This document shows positions 27,318 through 32,000 of a stretch of DNA of 32,000 bases, in pieces; position 1 is the stretch's first letter; every line of letters starts with the position of its first letter. The DNA lies in NCBI GenBank assembly GCA_000743035.1, contig CP008936.1, positions 120,001 through 152,000 on the forward strand. Reading direction: 5' to 3'. This stretch comes from Candidatus Paracaedimonas acanthamoebae. GTDB lineage: Bacteria > Pseudomonadota > Alphaproteobacteria > Caedimonadales > Caedimonadaceae. Below the pieces are notes generated by a model, which ran no database searches, was not told where the DNA came from, and saw only the letters and a list, made by a program, of their open reading frames with translations. Position numbers and translations under genes: made by a program.

Positions 27318-29084
27318 ATGACAAATCTAACAGAATTTATTGATTTTCTTAAGTCGCGTTTAGTGCTGAGTGAGATTATTGGTACGCGTGTGAAGATTAT
27401 GCGACGAGGCCGCCTTAAATTAGGCTTATGTCCATTTCACGCTGAAAAGTCGCCTTCTTTTCATATTAGAGATGAACAAGGAACTTACCATTGCTTTGGT
27501 TGTGGTGCTCATGGTGATGCGCTCACTTTTCTCCAAGAAATAGAGGGTGTGAGCTTCATGGAAGCATTAGAGAAGTTAGCATCGTTAATGGGGTTAACAG
27601 TACCTACATTTAAAGATAAGCCAGCAAGTGAAGAATCCTTACAAAGCAAATTGTTTCAAGCTCTAGAAGCTGCAACGGTATTTTTTGAAAAGCAGCTTAA
27701 AACATCAAAAGGTTTTAAAGCCGCTCAATATCTTGAGACGAGAGGGGTAAAACCTGAAACGATTTCCCAATTTCGGCTTGGGTACGCAAGTGTGGGCAAC
27801 ACGCTTAAGGAAGCCTTAAGGAAAGAAGGTTTTTCTGAAGATATTTTGCAACAAGCAGGTCTTATTATTCAACGGGAAGAAGATAAGGGAACATATGATC
27901 GCTTCCGTGATCGTGTTATGTTTCCTATTTTTGATCGGAAAGGGCGGGTAATAGCTTTTGGGGGCAGGATTCTAGAAACAGGTGAGCCTAAATATTTAAA
28001 TTCGCCAGAAACAAGCATTTTTCATAAAAGTCAGGTTTTATATGCTTATAATCTTGTACAGCGTGATCTTAAAAAAGGACAATCATTGTTGGTAGCTGAA
28101 GGTTATCTCGATGTTATTTCACTGCATCAGGCTGGTTTTAATGGGGCTGTTGCTCCCTTAGGCACTGCTTTGACCGAAGAACAAATACTTCTATTATGGC
28201 GATTTCGCTCAGAGCCTGTTCTTTGTTTTGATGGTGATAATGCAGGTCAAAAAGCGGCAATACGCGCAGCAGAGCGCGCTATTCCATTGTTAAAGTCCGG
28301 TCTCTCATTACGTTTTGCTCTTCTGCCTAAAGGTGAAGATCCCGATAGTTTATTACGCTCTGGAGGGATTAAAAGTTTTGAAAGTGCTTTAGAGCGTACA
28401 TTGCCTCTTTCAGATCTATTATGGCAATTTGAAGTGCAGCAAAAACCTCTTAAAACACCTGAGCAAAGAGCTGTATTTGAAAAGGTGATAATGGCATACG
28501 TGAATGGTATTCAAGAGCCTACGTTGCGTGAGCAATATCGTCAAGAATATCGATCTCGGTTGAAAGAATTATTTTATGTGAATTCTAGTAAAGGAGCCAA
28601 CCCGTCTCTTAAGAAAGCTTCTTTGAGTACCTCATCTGGAGCTCAGTCATTTTTAAATTCAAATATTTTATCACAAAAAATATTAATTGCTGTGCTTTTA
28701 AATCATCCAAGTCTTATTTTAGAATATGCCGAAGATTTTGTTGAGCTTGAACTTCCTGATCCTGGTTGGGGTAAGCTTCGAGAAGCTATGCTTACAAAAA
28801 TAAATGATTCGACAGGACTTGACGCTGGCGTTTTGCATCACCATTTGTATAATGAGGGGTTCCGTGAGATTATACAGGAAATTCTATCTTCTCAGGTTAA
28901 ATCATTAGCCCCATTTGTAAAGGAAGAGAGTGAAATTAGTGAAGCAAGAGAAGGATGGAAAGAGATATGGTCTCGTATTCAAGGACAGAAAAAATTAACC
29001 GAAGCACTTCTCGAGGTGAAACGTAGGTTTGGTGAGGATATGAGTTATGAAGCATGGGTTGAAGTTCAAAACTTGCAGCAATAA
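27318..29084 (+). CDS. dnaG: DNA primase
   Basis: Zinc finger CPFHAEKSPSFHI...YHCFGCGAHGD, and a TOPRIM region with VAEGYLDVISL and CFDGDNAGQKAA. Confidence 0.97.
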   Translation: MTNLTEFIDFLKSRLVLSEIIGTRVKIMRRGRLKLGLCPFHAEKSPSFHIRDEQGTYHCFGCGAHGDALTFLQEIEGVSFMEALEKLASLMGLTVPTFKDKPASEESLQSKLFQALEAATVFFEKQLKTSKGFKAAQYLETRGVKPETISQFRLGYASVGNTLKEALRKEGFSEDILQQAGLIIQREEDKGTYDRFRDRVMFPIFDRKGRVIAFGGRILETGEPKYLNSPETSIFHKSQVLYAYNLVQRDLKKGQSLLVAEGYLDVISLHQAGFNGAVAPLGTALTEEQILLLWRFRSEPVLCFDGDNAGQKAAIRAAERAIPLLKSGLSLRFALLPKGEDPDSLLRSGGIKSFESALERTLPLSDLLWQFEVQQKPLKTPEQRAVFEKVIMAYVNGIQEPTLREQYRQEYRSRLKELFYVNSSKGANPSLKKASLSTSSGAQSFLNSNILSQKILIAVLLNHPSLILEYAEDFVELELPDPGWGKLREAMLTKINDSTGLDAGVLHHHLYNEGFREIIQEILSSQVKSLAPFVKEESEISEAREGWKEIWSRIQGQKKLTEALLEVKRRFGEDMSYEAWVEVQNLQQ

Positions 29085-29118
29085 CAAACCTAAAAAATAA
29101 GAAGTTAAATTAGATTTT

Positions 29119-31095
29119 ATGATTAAATTAGGAAAGGATAAAATTGTGAGAACAACCGCCGAACTTCGTGATGAAACCCAAGGAGAGGCCGCTGTTGAGC
29201 TTAAGAAGGTAGATCTAAAGGCTACTTTAAAGAAGCTCATTATCAAAGGGAAAGAAAAAGGCTACATCACTTATGATCAGTTGAATAATGCTTTGCCTCA
29301 AGACGAATTTTCTTCAGAGCAGATTGAAGATGCAATGGCAGTGATTGCAGAGCTTGGAATCAACGTCATTGAAGCTGATGAGGTTGATGAGGAAGAAGCT
29401 GAAAGTTCTGAGAGCTCAGAGACTGAGTCTGAAGATGATTTGGAAGAAGAGGGTAGTACTGAGCTTGCCGAAGGTGGAAGAACCGACGATCCAGTACGTA
29501 TGTATTTGCGGGAAATGGGAAGAGTTGAACTTTTGTCCCGTGAGGGTGAAATAGAAATTGCAAAACGAATAGAAGATGGTCGTTTGATGATGATCGACGC
29601 TATTTGTGAAAGCCCTCTTACGATTCGAGCTATCATCTCTTGGCGTGATGCATTAGTAGAAAATCAAATTTCTTTACGAGAAATTATTGATATTGAAGAT
29701 ACAAGTGAAGAAGAAAATCCTGAGGAGGAAGAGTTAGAAGAAGAACTCGTTGATGAAGAAGAAGACAACGAAGAAGGCGAAAACGATAAAAATGAGGATG
29801 CTGAAGAGAGTAGTGAAAACGAAGCTGAACAAAATCCGTTTTCAGCTCAAGAGGAAGCTCTTAAACCTCAAATATTAGAAAAATTTGATAAGATTGCGGA
29901 AATCTATGAGTCTTTGTATGCTTTACAAGTTGAGCGTTTGAAACTTGCTCAAGAGAAAAAAAACCAAAGCTCGAAGAATGAAAAGACTTTTAAAGAATTA
30001 AAAAAGACACTTGTTGAGCTCGTTAGCGAGATTCGGTTTAATCCTCTTCGCATTGATCAACTTGTTGATCAACTTTATACTTTAAATCGAAAACTTATGG
30101 GGCTTGAGGGTAAGATTCTGCGTTATGCAACAGAATCTGGGATCCAAAGAGAGAAATTTTTAACCGTTTATTTTGGTCGTGAACTTGACCCTGATTGGCT
30201 ATCTTCAATAAAAGAGTTTGGGAAATCTGGGGATAAGTTTATTACAAAATATGGCCAAGAAGTGCAGCATATCCGTGATAGTGTTGCTGAAATTTCTGTT
30301 GAGTCTGGGCTTAATATTGCTGAATTTAGGCGTATTGTCGCAGATGTTCAAAAAGGGGATCGCCAGGCCCGACGTGCTAAGAAAGAAATGATTGAGGCTA
30401 ATTTACGCCTTGTTATTTCAATCGCAAAAAAATATACCAACCGGGGATTGCAATTCTTGGATTTAATTCAGGAAGGGAATATTGGGCTCATGAAAGCCGT
30501 GGACAAGTTTGAATATCGTCGTGGGTATAAGTTCTCAACTTATGCGACATGGTGGATTCGCCAGGCTATTACGCGCTCAATTGCAGATCAAGCCCGCACG
30601 ATTCGTATCCCCGTCCATATGATTGAGACGATTAATAAGCTTGTGCGGACGTCGCGCCAGATGTTACATGAGATTGGTCGTGAGCCAACACCGGAAGAGC
30701 TTGCAGAAAAACTCATGATGCCAGTTGATAAAGTGCGCAAGGTCATGAAGATCGCTAAAGAACCTATCAGCCTTGAAACGCCAATTGGTGACGAAGAAGA
30801 TGGAAGTTTGGGCGATTTTATTGAAGACAAAAATGCTATTCTTCCTATGGATGCGGCAGTAAATGCAAACCTAAGGGAAACAACAACGCGCGTTCTGTCA
30901 ACTCTGACACCTCGTGAAGAGCGTGTTTTAAGGATGCGTTTTGGGATTGGAATGAATACTGATCATACCCTTGAAGAAGTTGGGCAGCAGTTCTCTGTGA
31001 CGCGTGAACGTATTCGACAAATTGAAGCAAAAGCACTTCGGAAGTTAAAACACCCGAGTCGCTCGAGAAAGTTAAGAAGTTTCTTAGACTCTTAA
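29119..31095 (+). CDS. rpoD: RNA polymerase primary sigma factor (sigma-70)
   Basis: [11 protein letters not shown], region 2 with [30 protein letters not shown], and region 4 with [28 protein letters not shown]. The spacer regions are highly acidic. Confidence 0.97.
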   Translation: MIKLGKDKIVRTTAELRDETQGEAAVELKKVDLKATLKKLIIKGKEKGYITYDQLNNALPQDEFSSEQIEDAMAVIAELGINVIEADEVDEEEAESSESSETESEDDLEEEGSTELAEGGRTDDPVRMYLREMGRVELLSREGEIEIAKRIEDGRLMMIDAICESPLTIRAIISWRDALVENQISLREIIDIEDTSEEENPEEEELEEELVDEEEDNEEGENDKNEDAEESSENEAEQNPFSAQEEALKPQILEKFDKIAEIYESLYALQVERLKLAQEKKNQSSKNEKTFKELKKTLVELVSEIRFNPLRIDQLVDQLYTLNRKLMGLEGKILRYATESGIQREKFLTVYFGRELDPDWLSSIKEFGKSGDKFITKYGQEVQHIRDSVAEISVESGLNIAEFRRIVADVQKGDRQARRAKKEMIEANLRLVISIAKKYTNRGLQFLDLIQEGNIGLMKAVDKFEYRRGYKFSTYATWWIRQAITRSIADQARTIRIPVHMIETINKLVRTSRQMLHEIGREPTPEELAEKLMMPVDKVRKVMKIAKEPISLETPIGDEEDGSLGDFIEDKNAILPMDAAVNANLRETTTRVLSTLTPREERVLRMRFGIGMNTDHTLEEVGQQFSVTRERIRQIEAKALRKLKHPSRSRKLRSFLDS

Positions 31096-31119
31096 AGAGA
31101 AGACTAAATTTATTCATAG

Positions 31120-31156
31120 TGGAAAGGCTTTGACGAAAAGCTTTTCCATTTTTTTT
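31120..31156 (+). terminator. rho-independent terminator of rpoD
   Basis: GGAAAGGCTT-loop-AAGCTTTTCC (one mismatch) followed by a T9 run. Confidence 0.75.
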
Positions 31157-31232
31157 TATGGTTAGGTCGTTTTAGGGCTTTTAAATAATTGCAAAAACTT
31201 AAGAAGAAAATTGAGTAATGAGCATTAAAAAT

Positions 31233-31256
31233 GCCACTGGCTAAAGAGACAGTGGC
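31233..31256 (-). terminator. hairpin terminator of the small minus-strand ORF
   Basis: GCCACTG-N10-CAGTGGC, followed on the minus strand by ATTTTTA. Confidence 0.45.
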
Positions 31257-31278
31257 TTGTTAAGAAAAGCTAAAAAGC

Positions 31279-31428
31279 TTAATTTGCAGCTTCAGCTGGT
31301 TGTTCAGCAACAGCAGCAGCGTCAGCTTGAGCTTCAGCAGCTGGAGCTTGAGCAGCATCAGCAGCTTTTTCTTCAGCGATAGCAGCAGTTGAAAAAGCAA
31401 CGAGAGCAGCTAAAAGAATATTCTTCAT
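31279..31428 (-). CDS. 49-aa exported Ala/Glu-rich peptide (unannotated small ORF)
   Basis: GGAG SD before the ATG. The product is MKNILLAALVAFSTAAIA/EEKAADAAQAPAAEAQADAAAVAEQPAEAAN. A hairpin follows the stop. Confidence 0.5.
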   Translation of the reverse strand: MKNILLAALVAFSTAAIAEEKAADAAQAPAAEAQADAAAVAEQPAEAAN

Positions 31429-31615
31429 GTTTTTCACTCCATAACATTAAATATAACATAACACTTTGTCATGCAGCATGCATATTCTATGAAAAATAAT
31501 TGAAAAGCAAGGACAATTTATTGGAACTAGTTAATTGTTGTATTTTTGAAGTTGTTGTGTGCTAACTGTTTGTATTTTCTTGCTATTATGAGGCCAATAT
31601 GATGAATTTTAGAAG

Positions 31616-32000
31616 ATGATGACGAAAAAAACAACAATATTAAAGCTGGATGAGAGAGGGTATGGTTTTGCGCAGGATGAAAATAATAATTCTCTGATCA
31701 TTCCTTATAGTTTACCAGGGGAAAAGGTAGAAATTGAAAAAAACCAGGATCATTGGCACCTCAAAAAGCTCATACAGTCGAGTCCTCATAGAATAACGCC
31801 CCCTTGTCCTTATTATGAAGCTTGTGGAGGGTGTGTTTTACAGCATATGTCGCCTGTCGCGTATACTGAGTATAAAATGCGGCGTCTTTCTCAAGCCTTA
31901 GAGCGTTATGGGCTTAGAGAAGTCTCTATGGATCCTATTGTAGTTTTAGGGCCTCACTTGCGAAGGCGGGCTATTTTCCATGCTTTGCGTACCGCTACTG
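31616..32000 (+). CDS. TRAM-domain, Fe-S-type RNA (uracil-5)-methyltransferase, RlmD/RumA family (3' end lies outside the window)
   Basis: MMTKKTTILKLDERGYGFAQDE...PGEKVEIE (TRAM-like) followed by the CPYYEACGGCVLQH cysteine cluster. The frame is open to the window end. Confidence 0.8.
   Translation, partial: MMTKKTTILKLDERGYGFAQDENNNSLIIPYSLPGEKVEIEKNQDHWHLKKLIQSSPHRITPPCPYYEACGGCVLQHMSPVAYTEYKMRRLSQALERYGLREVSMDPIVVLGPHLRRRAIFHALRTAT

Noticed and set aside
28995-31117. Antisense and off-frame ORFs in dnaG and rpoD (28995-29246-, 29298-29636-, 29345-29554+, 29366-29563-, 30588-30830-, 30845-31117-), and the hyper-acidic rpoD inserts
   Set aside because: The ORFs are shadow frames of GA-rich acidic coding sequence. 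Acidic spacers in region 1 and the non-conserved region are normal for primary sigma factors, so they are not reported as findings.

Overview
AT-rich alphaproteobacterial chromosome segment. Supporting marks are two b-type ATP-synthase subunits, System I ccm genes and a ROSE-type sHSP leader. The eukaryote-like F-box gene, IS debris and pseudogenes suggest a host-associated, possibly amoeba-endosymbiont lineage (inference only). Gene order: ctaD (partial)-ctaB-43aa ORF-ctaG; a 1.5-kb repeat-rich non-coding spacer; hppA; a secreted hypothetical gene with an in-frame TAG; an ibpA-like sHSP; a DUF4440 gene split by an IS-bounded cassette carrying an F-box-like gene; ccmC-D-E-F; on the minus strand, convergent with ccmF, gatC-A-B followed directly by atpB-E-F'-F; ubiE (-) divergent from mutM (+) plus a small secreted ORF; DUF2383 and KGG stress proteins (-); EamA transporter (-); a decayed accessory patch (mini-ORF unit, IS1595 remnant, FkbM pseudogene); PCuAC-dnaG-rpoD; a 49-aa Ala/Glu-rich secreted peptide (-); an rlmD-like methyltransferase (partial). 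I saw no rRNA, tRNA, CRISPR array, prophage or recognisable multi-gene defence system. The most unusual items are the composite-transposon-like F-box cassette (8004-10643), the 1.5-kb non-coding repeat region (2128-3613) with a dispersed 194-nt repeat shared with the gatC upstream region, and several unannotated small ORFs. Most of the window is ordinary housekeeping.
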